From NCBI GenBank assembly GCA_046566245.1, contig JBKHXB010000001.1, positions 4,221 through 68,220 on the forward strand: a stretch of DNA of 64,000 nt, written 5' to 3'. Below the pieces are notes generated by a model, which had not been told where the DNA came from, made no database searches, and was given only the letters and a program-made list of their open reading frames with translations. This DNA comes from Alphaproteobacteria bacterium. Lineage in GTDB: Bacteria; Pseudomonadota; Alphaproteobacteria; Sphingomonadales; Sphingomonadaceae. The position numbers and the translations under genes are program-made. This document shows, in pieces, positions 1 through 9,633 of this stretch. How positions within the stretch are numbered: position 1 is the stretch's first letter; each line of letters starts with the position of its first letter.

Positions 1-363
1 GTCACTGTCCAGCCCGCATCCGATGGCAACGGGCCACAAACCGCCCGGCCGGGCCGCGGGACCGTGGCCTGGCCCGACACCGGCGAAAGTCCCGGTCAAA
101 TGCTCGCTGAAGGCCTCGTGCTCGAGCCGCGATTCATCGACGGGCGCGTGGCCGGCTATCTGGTTTCCCCAAAAAGCAGCCCGCCAATCCTTGCGGCAGC
201 CAAGCTTCGCCCCGGGGATCTTGTGATCGAGGTGGACAGCCGGCCACTCCATGCGGCAACGATCGGCGAGCTTCGGCGCGATCTCCCCCAAGCCGACTCA
301 GTCGAATTCACGTTCCAGCGCGACGGTCACATTCGCAAGCGCGTCATCAACCTGCGCGGCTGA
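1..363 (+). CDS. GspC-like/PDZ-domain protein, 5' partial
   Basis: Frame is open from base 1 to TGA at 361-363. C-terminus (GYLVSP...AAAKLRPGDLVIEVD) resembles the PDZ domain of GspC at 21789-22601. Confidence 0.55.
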   Translation, partial: VTVQPASDGNGPQTARPGRGTVAWPDTGESPGQMLAEGLVLEPRFIDGRVAGYLVSPKSSPPILAAAKLRPGDLVIEVDSRPLHAATIGELRRDLPQADSVEFTFQRDGHIRKRVINLRG

Positions 364-525
364 CGTCGCATTTCCTGGGCCGGCGAAAGCCCCTGCGTCG
401 ATCCGCGGGCTCGACTGACCTTAGACCTCGCCGTAAGGCGGAGCCTAATCGGATTTTGTTACATGCGTGTTGCAGTATCCTGAATAAGAGCGTAGATTTT
501 GCCATTCCCCCTGAGGGAGGCGGCA

Positions 526-891
526 ATGAAGAACACAGTTTTTTTGACAATGGCGGGAGCGGCCGCGATTGCTGCAGCCGGACCGGGCGCAGCGAAAGAG
601 CGCGAAATCGGCTATCCGGAGGGTTCCCTTGGCGCCCAGGCGATCCTTAGCGCTGATTACGCGACCGCCGAGCGGCAACTCGACGATTTCCGGGTGTACG
701 AGCGCGACCCTGGCAGACTGATCAACCTTGGCGTCGTTCTCGCGAAGACTGGCCGAACCGAGGCTGCCGTTCGCCACTTCGAGCAGGTTCTCGAAGAGGA
801 TGACGTTGAGCTGATCCTCGCTGACGGCCGGACGATGCGGTCCCACGACATTGCCCGCACGGCGCTCCAGAACCTTGGGACGTCGCGGTAA
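526..891 (+). CDS. Small secreted TPR-like protein
   Basis: GGAGG SD before ATG 526, signal-peptide-like N-terminus, TPR-like helix pair (LINLGVVLAKTGRTEAAVRHFEQVL). Confidence 0.7.
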   Translation: MKNTVFLTMAGAAAIAAAGPGAAKEREIGYPEGSLGAQAILSADYATAERQLDDFRVYERDPGRLINLGVVLAKTGRTEAAVRHFEQVLEEDDVELILADGRTMRSHDIARTALQNLGTSR

Positions 892-980
892 CACGCGACA
901 CGTCTCGAACTTATAGTCCTGGTTATGGCTGTTTCTCGGCGGGTCCCGGCAGCTCGAAAGCGGTTGGATCCGACGAGAAC

Positions 981-1253
981 CTAATTCTGCACTGTCTCTC
1001 CGGAGGCAGCTTCGAAGCCTTCGAAAAACATGTCGCGGATATGGAGCACCGTTTCCTCCAGCGCCTCTGCTTCCCCGGCGAGCTCCCGAGCCCTGTCCTC
1101 CAGAACTTTCCTTGCGTCAGGAGTCAGGCAATCGGCAGCCAACTCCGCGCATTCGCGTGATCGCTCCCGGAGCATTTCGGCCCGCTCTCGAATCTGCGCC
1201 GGCCGAAACTGCGGCAAGCGCTTCATCGACTCGGTTTCGATGTCGAGTGTCAT
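981..1253 (-). CDS. Hypothetical helical protein
   Basis: 90-aa charged helical ORF whose start overlaps the stop of the upstream ORF at 1250-1253. Confidence 0.55.
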   Translation of the reverse strand: MTLDIETESMKRLPQFRPAQIRERAEMLRERSRECAELAADCLTPDARKVLEDRARELAGEAEALEETVLHIRDMFFEGFEAASGETVQN

Positions 1254-1678
1254 TTTTTCCGCTTTGAGGTCTTGGGCAACGCGCCGGTTTCGTCGTCAGC
1301 GCCTAGCGCCTCTAGGCTTCGGCGAGCGACGTCGAGAGCCAGGGCCCAGAAGGCATCAGCCTTCCGCGAGACCTTTCCCTGTGCGCGCTCCAGCTCTTCG
1401 CCCGCATCCGCCGCGAGTCGTCTCGCTTTTCGCGGATCCTTGAGCGCGGCAGCCGTCGCCACCAGTGCCGCGGCCACGACCTCGCTGACAAGGGGGTTTT
1501 CTTTAAGCTTCGAAGCGGCGGATTTCGCCTTCTTGAGGGCCTTACCGATCTTCGGTTCTCGCGCCGCCTGCGGCTGCGCGAGACCAGTCTGCGCCCTACC
1601 AGCAACAGAATCGGAAGCCGTGGACCGGGCCTTTTTCTTTTTCTTTTTCGATTTCTTCTTCTCTGGTTGCTTCGCCAC
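1250..1678 (-). CDS. Lys/Ala-rich hypothetical protein
   Basis: 142-aa ORF with poly-Lys N-terminus (KKKSKKKKKK) and basic C-terminus, divergent from ppk1. Confidence 0.65.
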   Translation of the reverse strand: MAKQPEKKKSKKKKKKARSTASDSVAGRAQTGLAQPQAAREPKIGKALKKAKSAASKLKENPLVSEVVAAALVATAAALKDPRKARRLAADAGEELERAQGKVSRKADAFWALALDVARRSLEALGADDETGALPKTSKRKK

Positions 1679-1702
1679 GAGCTTTCCCCAATCGGCCGCC
1701 GT

Positions 1703-1720
1703 CTGTCACAACCCCGTCAC
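1703..1720 (+). promoter_or_regulatory. Pho-box-like direct repeat upstream of ppk1
   Basis: CTGTCAC-AACC-CCGTCAC, 11-bp period. Confidence 0.6.
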
Positions 1721-1866
1721 GATTCGTCCGATAACCTCCGATCAGTGCAGCTACTATGTTACAGGTCGATGACAAAGGGTGGATTAAACTCGGCCCGGCG
1801 TCATGCTTGAGCAGCTCCAAAAGCCGGTGCGATGCGATCGCGATCGGTGGACGGGATAGGCGGCTC

Positions 1867-4029
1867 GTGAACGACGAAGCCGCGCCGGCCCTGCCGGAGG
1901 AACAGGCCTGCATGCTGCAGAAGCCGGAAAGCAGGTATTTCAATCGCGAGCTGAGCTGGCTTGCGTTCAACCGGCGCGTGCTCGAGGAATCGTGCAACAT
2001 TGCTCATCCGCTTCTCGAGCGTCTGAAATTCCTGTCGATCTCGGGAAGCAACCTCGACGAATTCTTCATGGTCCGAGTCGCGGGCCTCAAGGCGCACCAG
2101 CTTCTTGGCGTCGAGGAGCTGTCCAGTGACGGTCTTACGCCGTCACAGCAACTGGCGCTGATCATGACTGAAGCCGATGCGCTCGTCGCGCGGCAACAGG
2201 AGGTTCTGCAGCACCTTCTGTCGGCATTGGATGAGTCCGGGATGCGTGTGCTCCAGGACCACGATATCGATCCGGCCGCCGACGCCTGGCTCGACCAATA
2301 TTTCCGAGAACAGATTTTCCCGGTGCTGACGCCCCAGGCGATCGACCCGGCTCATCCGTTTCCATTCATTCCCAACCGTGGCGTCTCACTCATCTTCGAG
2401 CTGAAGCGGAAGGGCAAGGCGCCATCAATCCGCGAGATCCTGACGCTTCCATCCGGAGTTCCGCGGTTTGTCCGCCTTCCGGGAGATGGCGGTACGTATG
2501 TTTCGCTAGAGTGGCTCATCCGGCGGAAGACCGACGTTCTGTTTCCGCGGTACGATATCGTCGGCGGGGGCGCCTTCAGGGTCATCCGGGACAGCGACAT
2601 CGAGATCGAGGAAGAAGCCGAAGACCTCGTTCGATATTTCAGAACCGCGATCAAGCGGCGGCGGCGCGGCCGGGTCGTCCGGCTGGAATTCGAGCCTGAG
2701 ATGTCCGAAGCGCTCGTCGAACTCGTCACTCTTGGATTGGACGCGAGCGAGGCGATCATTTCCGAAACCCGCGGGTTCCTCGGGATCGAGGACCTCGCGC
2801 TATTGGTCGAAGAGGACCGCCCGGACCTTAAATTCCCGCCGTTCGACGCCCGCTTTCCCGAACGAATCCGCGAGCATGGCGGCGATTGTTTCGCGGCGAT
2901 AAGCGACAAGGATATCCTGGTTCATCACCCGTATGAATCCTTTGAGGTGGTCGTCGAATTCCTTCAGCAGGCGGCCGCCGATCCGAATGTCGTGGCGATC
3001 AAGCAGACCTTGTATCGGGCCGGCAAGCAGTCGGCGATCATGCGGGCTCTTATCGACGCTGCCGAGGCGGGCAAGTCAGTGACCGCCGCGGTCGAATTGA
3101 AGGCTAGATTCGACGAGGAGCAAAATCTATTGTGGGCGAGCGCCCTCGAACGCGCCGGGGTGCAGGTGGTGTACGGGTTCGTCGAGTGGAAGACCCATGC
3201 GAAAGTCTCCATGGTTGTCCGCCGGGAGGAGCGCGGCTTTCGCACCTATTGCCACTTCGGGACCGGCAATTATCATCCGGTCACCGCTAGGTTTTACACC
3301 GATTTCAGCTATTTCACTGCGGATCCGAAAGCAGGGCGCGACGCCGCACAGCTATTCAATTATATCACCGGCTACGTCGAGCCTCGCCACCTCAAGCTGC
3401 TGGTGATCTCGCCTCACCAGATGCGCGACGAACTGCTTCGGCTAGTCGATCAGGAAATCGTCGCCGCGAAGGCGGGAAAGCCGTGTGGCATTTGGGCGAA
3501 AATGAACTCGCTCGTCGATCCGCAATTGATCGACAAGCTTTATGAAGCGAGCCAGGCTGGTGTCGACATCAACCTGGTGGTGCGTGGCATTTGTTGTCTT
3601 CGTCCGCGCGTGCCGGGAATGTCCGAACGAATCCATGTCAAATCGATCGTCGGCCGCTTTCTCGAACATGCGAGGATGTGGAGCTTCGCCAACGGGGAGG
3701 AGCTGCCGCACCGCGACGCACTCGTCTACATCAGCTCGGCGGACGGGATGCCGCGGAACTTTGACCGGCGGATTGAATATATGTTGCCGATCACCAATCC
3801 CACGGTGCACGCGCAATTGCTGGATCAGGTCATGTTGGCGAACCTGCTCGACAATCAGCAGAGCTGGCGGCTCGAGCCGACCGGTGCCTATACTCGCCTC
3901 CACCCAAAGGCGGACGAGGCCTTCAACTTGCACAGTTACTTCATGAACAATCCCTCGCTGTCAGGTCGCGGGCGGGCGCTCCGGAGCGGACGGAGGGTCC
4001 CGAAGCTGCGTTTGCGAAGCGGCCGTTAG
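1867..4029 (+). CDS. ppk1: Polyphosphate kinase 1
   Basis: YFNRELSWLAFNRRVLEE, HHPYESF, ELKARFDEEQN, SIVGRFLEH motifs. Start is uncertain (GTG 1867 chosen; ORF is open from 1756). Confidence 0.97.
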   Translation: MNDEAAPALPEEQACMLQKPESRYFNRELSWLAFNRRVLEESCNIAHPLLERLKFLSISGSNLDEFFMVRVAGLKAHQLLGVEELSSDGLTPSQQLALIMTEADALVARQQEVLQHLLSALDESGMRVLQDHDIDPAADAWLDQYFREQIFPVLTPQAIDPAHPFPFIPNRGVSLIFELKRKGKAPSIREILTLPSGVPRFVRLPGDGGTYVSLEWLIRRKTDVLFPRYDIVGGGAFRVIRDSDIEIEEEAEDLVRYFRTAIKRRRRGRVVRLEFEPEMSEALVELVTLGLDASEAIISETRGFLGIEDLALLVEEDRPDLKFPPFDARFPERIREHGGDCFAAISDKDILVHHPYESFEVVVEFLQQAAADPNVVAIKQTLYRAGKQSAIMRALIDAAEAGKSVTAAVELKARFDEEQNLLWASALERAGVQVVYGFVEWKTHAKVSMVVRREERGFRTYCHFGTGNYHPVTARFYTDFSYFTADPKAGRDAAQLFNYITGYVEPRHLKLLVISPHQMRDELLRLVDQEIVAAKAGKPCGIWAKMNSLVDPQLIDKLYEASQAGVDINLVVRGICCLRPRVPGMSERIHVKSIVGRFLEHARMWSFANGEELPHRDALVYISSADGMPRNFDRRIEYMLPITNPTVHAQLLDQVMLANLLDNQQSWRLEPTGAYTRLHPKADEAFNLHSYFMNNPSLSGRGRALRSGRRVPKLRLRSGR

Positions 4030-4037
4030 TCCTTTCC

Positions 4038-5495
4038 GTGTCAGCGCCCGGTACCACTGCGGTCATCGACATTGGTTCAAATTCGATCCGGCTGGTCGTC
4101 TATTCGGGAAGTCGCCGGGCGCCTGTCATCATTTTCAATGAAAAGGTGCTCGCCGGGCTCGGATCAAAACTGACCGAGACGGGACGGCTTTCGAGCAAGG
4201 GGCAGAGCCGGGCGCTTGCCGCACTCGAGCGCTTTTCCCTGCTTGTCGATGAGATCGGCGTTGGCCAGGTCCGTACCTTCGCGACAGCAGCGGTGCGCGA
4301 AGCAGCGAACGGCGCCGAGTTCATGAGAGAGATCCGGCGAATCGGGCTTACCGGCGACGTGCTTTCCGCCCGCGAGGAAGCGCAGCTCGCCGGCGCGGGA
4401 GTCTTATCCGCCATTCCAAATGCGCATGGTGTTGTCGGCGATCTCGGCGGCGGAAGCCTCGAACTGGTGGAGGTCGCAGGTGGCGAGGTCGGCAAGTCGA
4501 TATCGCTGCCGGTCGGCATCCTTCGGGTCCCCGATTCAAGCAAGGGCGAGGCGCTGGTTGCCAAGGTCCTGAAAAACGAATTGGCCAAGACCGGCCTGAA
4601 GAAGTTCGCGAAGGGCGAGACCTTCTATATGGTCGGCGGTTCCTGGCGATCGCTTGCCCGGCTCGACATTGCCGCGACCGACTACCCGTTGTCGATTCCG
4701 CATCAGTACCGGATGGACCCGTCACGGCCGAAGCAGCTGCGTAAGTTGGCGATGGACCTTGGCAAGCTGGTGAAGGCCGTTCCGCTGCTCTCGCCCGCGC
4801 GCGTTCCGACCATGCCCGTGGCCGCGATGATTCTCTCTTGCGTGACCCATGAGCTCAAGCCCCGAGGCCTCGTCGTCTCGAGCTTCGGAATTCGCGAGGG
4901 GCTGCTTTATTCCTCTCTCACCAAGCGGGAGCGAGCGCTGGACCCGCTGATCGAAGCCGCCCGCGAGGCGAGCGTCGCCACTCGGCGCTTCGAGGAACAT
5001 GGTGACGCGCTCGACGCCTGGATTAAGCCGATCTTCAATGATCGGCCGTACCTCAAGCGCCTGAGGCTCGCCTCATGCATCCTCGCCGATGCCGCCTGGC
5101 AGGCCCACCCGGATTTCCGCGCCGAGCGCGGCGTCGATCTGGCGCTGCACGGAAACTGGGTCGCAGTGGACGCATCTGCACGCATACTCATGGCGCAGGC
5201 GCTCTATTCAAACTTTGGCGCACAGGAGCTTCTTCCAAACACACAGCTTCTCGACCTGTGCAAGCCCGAAGACGTGGAGCGCGCCCACCACTGGGGGCTT
5301 GCCATGCGGCTTGGTCAAAGGCTCTGCGGCGGGGTCGCCGGAGCGCTCGCCGGAACCAGACTTCGAGTCGTTCGCGATAGGCTTGAGCTTTGCCTCCATC
5401 GAAATCGGGCAGCACTCGCCGGAGAAGCTGTTGAACGGCGGCTGGCGAGGCTCGCCGAGGGGATGAAACTGAAACCGGCTGTCTTTATCGACTAG
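4038..5495 (+). CDS. ppx: Exopolyphosphatase, Ppx/GppA family
   Basis: AVIDIGSNSIRLVVY, FATAAVREAANG, GDLGGGSLE, GIREG motifs; directly follows ppk1. Confidence 0.95.
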   Translation: MSAPGTTAVIDIGSNSIRLVVYSGSRRAPVIIFNEKVLAGLGSKLTETGRLSSKGQSRALAALERFSLLVDEIGVGQVRTFATAAVREAANGAEFMREIRRIGLTGDVLSAREEAQLAGAGVLSAIPNAHGVVGDLGGGSLELVEVAGGEVGKSISLPVGILRVPDSSKGEALVAKVLKNELAKTGLKKFAKGETFYMVGGSWRSLARLDIAATDYPLSIPHQYRMDPSRPKQLRKLAMDLGKLVKAVPLLSPARVPTMPVAAMILSCVTHELKPRGLVVSSFGIREGLLYSSLTKRERALDPLIEAAREASVATRRFEEHGDALDAWIKPIFNDRPYLKRLRLASCILADAAWQAHPDFRAERGVDLALHGNWVAVDASARILMAQALYSNFGAQELLPNTQLLDLCKPEDVERAHHWGLAMRLGQRLCGGVAGALAGTRLRVVRDRLELCLHRNRAALAGEAVERRLARLAEGMKLKPAVFID

Positions 5496-6961
5496 CGGCG
5501 ACGAGCCTCAGCCCAGAAGCCGCCAGTTCGATCGAGCCGTGCGAAGGCCTTGACCGTTTTTGAAAGCTCCTTTGGTCTAGTGGGTCGATCGCCAAGATCG
5601 AAATCGAGCGAGTGAACTTCGATCAGTTGCCGCGCTGTCACCAGGTCATTGAGGTCGCCCAGACATTCTTGCATCGCCTCGAGCGTTTTCACGAAGGTCT
5701 GGACTTTGCCCGGATCGAACAGGGAGCTGAGAAACTCCGTCGCGTAGCGCATTTTCTTCACTTCGATGCGGAAGCGATGCTGTTGTTCCTCATCCAGCGA
5801 CGTTAACGCGAGCCCGCCCGCTTGCACCTTCCTCCATTGTCGCTCGAGCCGGCGCGCGGCGAACGGCTTCACCGCCGAGCGCGCCTTTCGGCTCCGGCGC
5901 CACGATCCGGTCTCGACCCACTTAAGGAAACTCAGAACGAACGTTCGAAACCGGTCGGAATCGATCGAGCGGTGGGCGGCAGCGTATGCCGCCACGCGCG
6001 CCGAAAGAAGCTTCCTTCGATCGCTCCTTGAAAGTCGGTCGTTGTACCGTTTTAGGAAAACGTCGATGTCACGACCATCGCTAAGCGAAGACGTGAACCA
6101 GCGCAGCTCTCGCTTCAGGTCCGGCAACCGCGAATCGGCAATCGCCTTTCCAAACACCGACAAGGCAGCCCGCAACCGGCGCATCGAAACGCGGCCCTGA
6201 TGAAGCGCAGCCGCGTCGCAGCGCTCGACGATCAGCTCCTCGTTCAGGCGGAAATGGAGCACGCAGGAATGCGCTATCAGCGAGAATGCCCGGGCGACAT
6301 TGGACTCGGGATCGAGCACGATCTTGCCCGCTTTGATCGCCTGACCGCCCTTGGCGCGTGCAAGGATTTCGACTCGCTGCGCCTTGCTCAACACGCCGAT
6401 GCGTAACGGGACGCACTCCGCGAGTTGCTCGGCAAGCTCAAACAGGAATGCAGTGTCGCCGTCCTTGAGCTCAAGCTCGAGCTCAGCGATCGATTCGTGA
6501 CGGCGCCCAGCCTCTATGCGGCCCAAATCAAGTGCGACCTCCACGGCGCAACGATCGCGCTCCAGGTTCCAGCTTGTCCGTTCGATCGCGGAGCGGCCAA
6601 CCAGCTCAACATGGCGGAGCAGCTTGCGACGATGGCGCAGAGGGGTATGCTGCAGAGATTCGAAGTTCGGCCAAAATCCGTCAACATTCGATTCCCATTC
6701 GTTCCTGTCGAAAATACCTGCCATTCCGGCGGTCTGCTTCATGGTCTGGACGAAACGGTCGCCATCGCTCCGCACCCGAAGCGAAAAACCGCTCCTGGAA
6801 AGATCGAAGGACGGCGTATCGAAATAACGCGCTTCCATTTTACGCTTTCGGCAGCGAAGGCCCCGCAACAGCGGATGTTTGCGAATCCTATCGGCCCGTG
6901 CCGAGGGCAGCTCGAGTTTTAGCTCGACTTCTCGCGGTCGCTTCTGCTGCTTACCCATCAA
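5492..6961 (-). CDS. CYTH and CHAD domain protein
   Basis: N-terminal ExELK CYTH motif (REVELKL) and ELELELK; C-terminal CHAD (LHQGRVSMRRLRAAL, HRFRIEVKKMRYATEF, LQECLGDLND-like). Confidence 0.9.
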   Translation of the reverse strand: MMGKQQKRPREVELKLELPSARADRIRKHPLLRGLRCRKRKMEARYFDTPSFDLSRSGFSLRVRSDGDRFVQTMKQTAGMAGIFDRNEWESNVDGFWPNFESLQHTPLRHRRKLLRHVELVGRSAIERTSWNLERDRCAVEVALDLGRIEAGRRHESIAELELELKDGDTAFLFELAEQLAECVPLRIGVLSKAQRVEILARAKGGQAIKAGKIVLDPESNVARAFSLIAHSCVLHFRLNEELIVERCDAAALHQGRVSMRRLRAALSVFGKAIADSRLPDLKRELRWFTSSLSDGRDIDVFLKRYNDRLSRSDRRKLLSARVAAYAAAHRSIDSDRFRTFVLSFLKWVETGSWRRSRKARSAVKPFAARRLERQWRKVQAGGLALTSLDEEQQHRFRIEVKKMRYATEFLSSLFDPGKVQTFVKTLEAMQECLGDLNDLVTARQLIEVHSLDFDLGDRPTRPKELSKTVKAFARLDRTGGFWAEARRR

Positions 6962-7530
6962 TGGTGATTTCGGATCCTGGCGAGCCAGAACGGATAACCG
7001 CCTGCCTTGGCCGCGGAAAAGATTCCTTCGGGCAGCCCAACCAAACGGTCCTGCAGAGCGCGCTGAAGCATAGTGTGCACATTTTCAACCGGGCCGGCCG
7101 CTTCGAAGCCGAGAGTCCACCAGTGCGTTCCATCGCCTTCGCATGCTATTTCGGCAAGTTCGATATGACAGGGCGCGTAATCAGCTCGCCCTGCGGACGC
7201 GCCGCCATCTCCGAAATCCTTGAGCTGGCGCGCCTTGTGGACGGCGATTGCCGGCTGCTCGGAGATGGACAGCGCCGGCGAATCCGACTTGACCCACAGT
7301 TCCAGCGGCTTCCCACGATAATTCCCAATCATTGCAACAAGGTGCTTGATCTCGACCCCCGGTCTTTTCGCATCCCGGCACTTGATCCCGATTTCCGTCT
7401 GATCGAGATCCCGGAGATAAATGTCCGTTCGCTCCTCGATCCGTGCCGGCTGGGGAAGACCGGCCCACCAGCTTTTCAGTTCGGCGTGGCAGCACGGCCA
7501 CCAGAGCCGCAATTCTGCAGTTACATGCAT
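6958..7530 (-). CDS. Divergent CYTH/triphosphate-tunnel-like hypothetical protein
   Basis: From ATG 7530: TAELRLWW, EERTDIYL, GIKCR, GVEIK, HIELAEI, TLGFEA. Pattern resembles CYTH strands; stop overlaps the start of the CYTH-CHAD gene. Confidence 0.6.
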   Translation of the reverse strand: MHVTAELRLWWPCCHAELKSWWAGLPQPARIEERTDIYLRDLDQTEIGIKCRDAKRPGVEIKHLVAMIGNYRGKPLELWVKSDSPALSISEQPAIAVHKARQLKDFGDGGASAGRADYAPCHIELAEIACEGDGTHWWTLGFEAAGPVENVHTMLQRALQDRLVGLPEGIFSAAKAGGYPFWLARIRNHH

Positions 7531-7816
7531 GGCGTGAAGGCCCTCGTCGAATTGCAAACCAAGTCGCATTGAGACGAGTTCCCTTCTCCACCGGGCCGCG
7601 CTGCAACATGTGTGTAGCGCTGACGTCCCAAAACTGACTCTGCAACAGCGTACATTGGGCCAACGAAGTTGCGGGGAGGGATCGGTGCCGGCCAGACACA
7701 TACGCCTGCCGCTAACTCGGGCCTTTCGTCACACTGGTGAAGGGCCAAAGCCAGAGGGCGAGAAGACTGCCGATTGGCAGGCGGAACCTGTTCACTTCGA
7801 GCCGGAGCGGCCACGA

Positions 7817-8605
7817 ATGGCCGTCCGCACCGTCTGGATATCGGATACCCACCTGGGCACCGCCGGGTGTAATGCCGAGCTGCTCCTCGACTTCCTGCGT
7901 TCGGTCGATTGCGAAATGTTGTATCTCGTCGGTGACATTGTCGACGGCTGGCAATTGAAGAAAGGATGGTACTGGCCGCCGCGGCATAATGATGTCGTCC
8001 GCTGCGTTCTCAAGAAAGCGAAACACGGCACGCGCGTCGTCTACGTGCCCGGCAATCACGACGAGGCTTTTCGCGACTACGTAGGGCTCAACTTCGGCGG
8101 AGTGGAGGTGAAGGCCGAGGCGCTGCACGTCACCGCCGACGGGCGGCGGCTGCTGATACTTCATGGTGACGAATTCGACGGAGTCGTTATCTATGCGAGG
8201 TGGCTCGCCCTGCTTGGCGACCATGCCTATACCTTGCTTCTGAAGCTGAACCGCCTGGTCAATGGCACAAGGCGGATGTTTGGCCTTCCCTATTGGTCTC
8301 TTTCATCCCAAATCAAACGGCGCGTGAAGAACGCGGTTCAATACATATCCCGTTTCGAGCAGGCAGTCGCCTACGCCGCTTACGAGCGAGGCGTCGAGGG
8401 AGTCGTTTGCGGCCACATCCACACGGCCGAGGTGCGCCAGATCGGCGAAGTGACCTATTACAACGATGGTGACTGGGTCGAGAGCTGCACCGCGCTCGTC
8501 GAACATGGCGACGGTCGAATGGAAATAATCGATTGGGCCGCGCTGAAGCGTGACGAAACCCGCGCTCCCAGTCTTCGAGTGCCTGAGGTTGCCGCAATCG
8601 CTTGA
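7817..8605 (+). CDS. Metallophosphoesterase, PlcP/LpxH-like
   Basis: SDTHLG, LVGDIVDGW, PGNHD, LHGDEFD, CGHIH calcineurin-like motifs. Confidence 0.88.
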   Translation: MAVRTVWISDTHLGTAGCNAELLLDFLRSVDCEMLYLVGDIVDGWQLKKGWYWPPRHNDVVRCVLKKAKHGTRVVYVPGNHDEAFRDYVGLNFGGVEVKAEALHVTADGRRLLILHGDEFDGVVIYARWLALLGDHAYTLLLKLNRLVNGTRRMFGLPYWSLSSQIKRRVKNAVQYISRFEQAVAYAAYERGVEGVVCGHIHTAEVRQIGEVTYYNDGDWVESCTALVEHGDGRMEIIDWAALKRDETRAPSLRVPEVAAIA

Positions 8606-8692
8606 CCCCCATTGTCACTACAGACGCTGGCACAAAGCTTCGGACTGGCGGGTTCGCTCCCAAGTGACCCGCTTGTGGTAGAGTCGCGGCCG

Positions 8693-9226
8693 ATGAAAAT
8701 TCTGGCGCTGCTACGGCACGGAAAATCGAGCAGGGACGACGCTACTCTGCGCGATTTTGATCGCCCACTGAAGCGGCGCGGCAGACTGGCTTCGGAGTTG
8801 GTAGGTAAAGAGCTACGACGCCGCGGCATCGAGTTCGATCTGGTGGCCGCCAGTCCCGCGCGCCGTGTCGTCGAGACAGTGGAGCTGCTACAGAAAGGCT
8901 TTGGCGAACCGCTGAAGGTTCAGTTCATCAACGACATCTACGGCCAATCATCCGAAGGTCTGATGGAAATCCTCCGGAATCTTGGAGACAAATCGGGACG
9001 GATCCTGCTTGTGGGCCATAATCCCGGCCTGCAGGATCTCGCCCTGGCCCTGGCAGAAGACACTGACCCGCTACGGATCGCGGTCGCCGAGCATTATCCC
9101 ACTGCGACGCTGGCTCTACTCGAGCTACCACTGGCGAGCTGGAGCAGGCTGCGACCGGAAACAGGGCGCATCGCAGACTTCCTGAAGCCGCGCGACATCG
9201 GGAAAACCGGGGAACAGCCGAAGTGA
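8693..9226 (+). CDS. SixA-like histidine phosphatase
   Basis: LLRHGKS, DFDRPL, ASPARRVVET, LVGHNPG motifs. Confidence 0.9.
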   Translation: MKILALLRHGKSSRDDATLRDFDRPLKRRGRLASELVGKELRRRGIEFDLVAASPARRVVETVELLQKGFGEPLKVQFINDIYGQSSEGLMEILRNLGDKSGRILLVGHNPGLQDLALALAEDTDPLRIAVAEHYPTATLALLELPLASWSRLRPETGRIADFLKPRDIGKTGEQPK

Positions 9227-9234
9227 GAGGTACG

Positions 9235-9459
9235 CTATCCCGCCTGGCGACCCGCGGGCGCTCGGTCCAGTATAACCGCGATCAGCGGATCGCCGTCCCC
9301 CAACGGCAGCAGATATTCGACTCTTCGTACCTCCGCGTAGACTCGCCGGTTCCCGAAGCAAATTCGCTCGCCGATCCTGGGGATCGTGTCCAGTTCGTCG
9401 CCTCCGTCGACCGGCTGGAGCCGGCCCGATTCGTCTTCGACTGCCAGGTCAATATTCAC
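9235..9459 (-). CDS. Small hypothetical protein (74 aa)
   Basis: GTG at 9459 with GGAGG 7 nt upstream; globular-looking sequence (DTIPRIGERICF...EVRRVEY). Confidence 0.5.
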   Translation of the reverse strand: MNIDLAVEDESGRLQPVDGGDELDTIPRIGERICFGNRRVYAEVRRVEYLLPLGDGDPLIAVILDRAPAGRQAG

Positions 9460-9533
9460 TGCGATCCTCCCTCCCAGCTGGAAAGAACGAAATAACCGAC
9501 ATGAGCGGCTTCGTCGCTGAAATTCGGCACTTG

Positions 9534-9551
9534 CTGTCACACGCGCGTCAC
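9534..9551 (+). promoter_or_regulatory. Pho-box-like direct repeat upstream of the M23 peptidase gene
   Basis: CTGTCAC-ACGC-GCGTCAC, 11-bp period. Confidence 0.55.
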
Positions 9552-9633
9552 AGGGATCTGCCAACCCAATCGGAGCCGCGGGGAGAGGGGCCCCGACGAC
9601 GGTGATTTTTTTCGCATGGTCCCGGCGGGTGGG

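Noticed and set aside
457-473. TGTTAC-N5-TGTTGC upstream of the TPR-like gene as a Pho box
   Set aside because: Both half-sites deviate from GTCA; too weak to call.
8628-8642. TGGCAC-N5-TTCG as a sigma-54 promoter for the SixA-like gene
   Set aside because: The essential -12 GC is not conserved.
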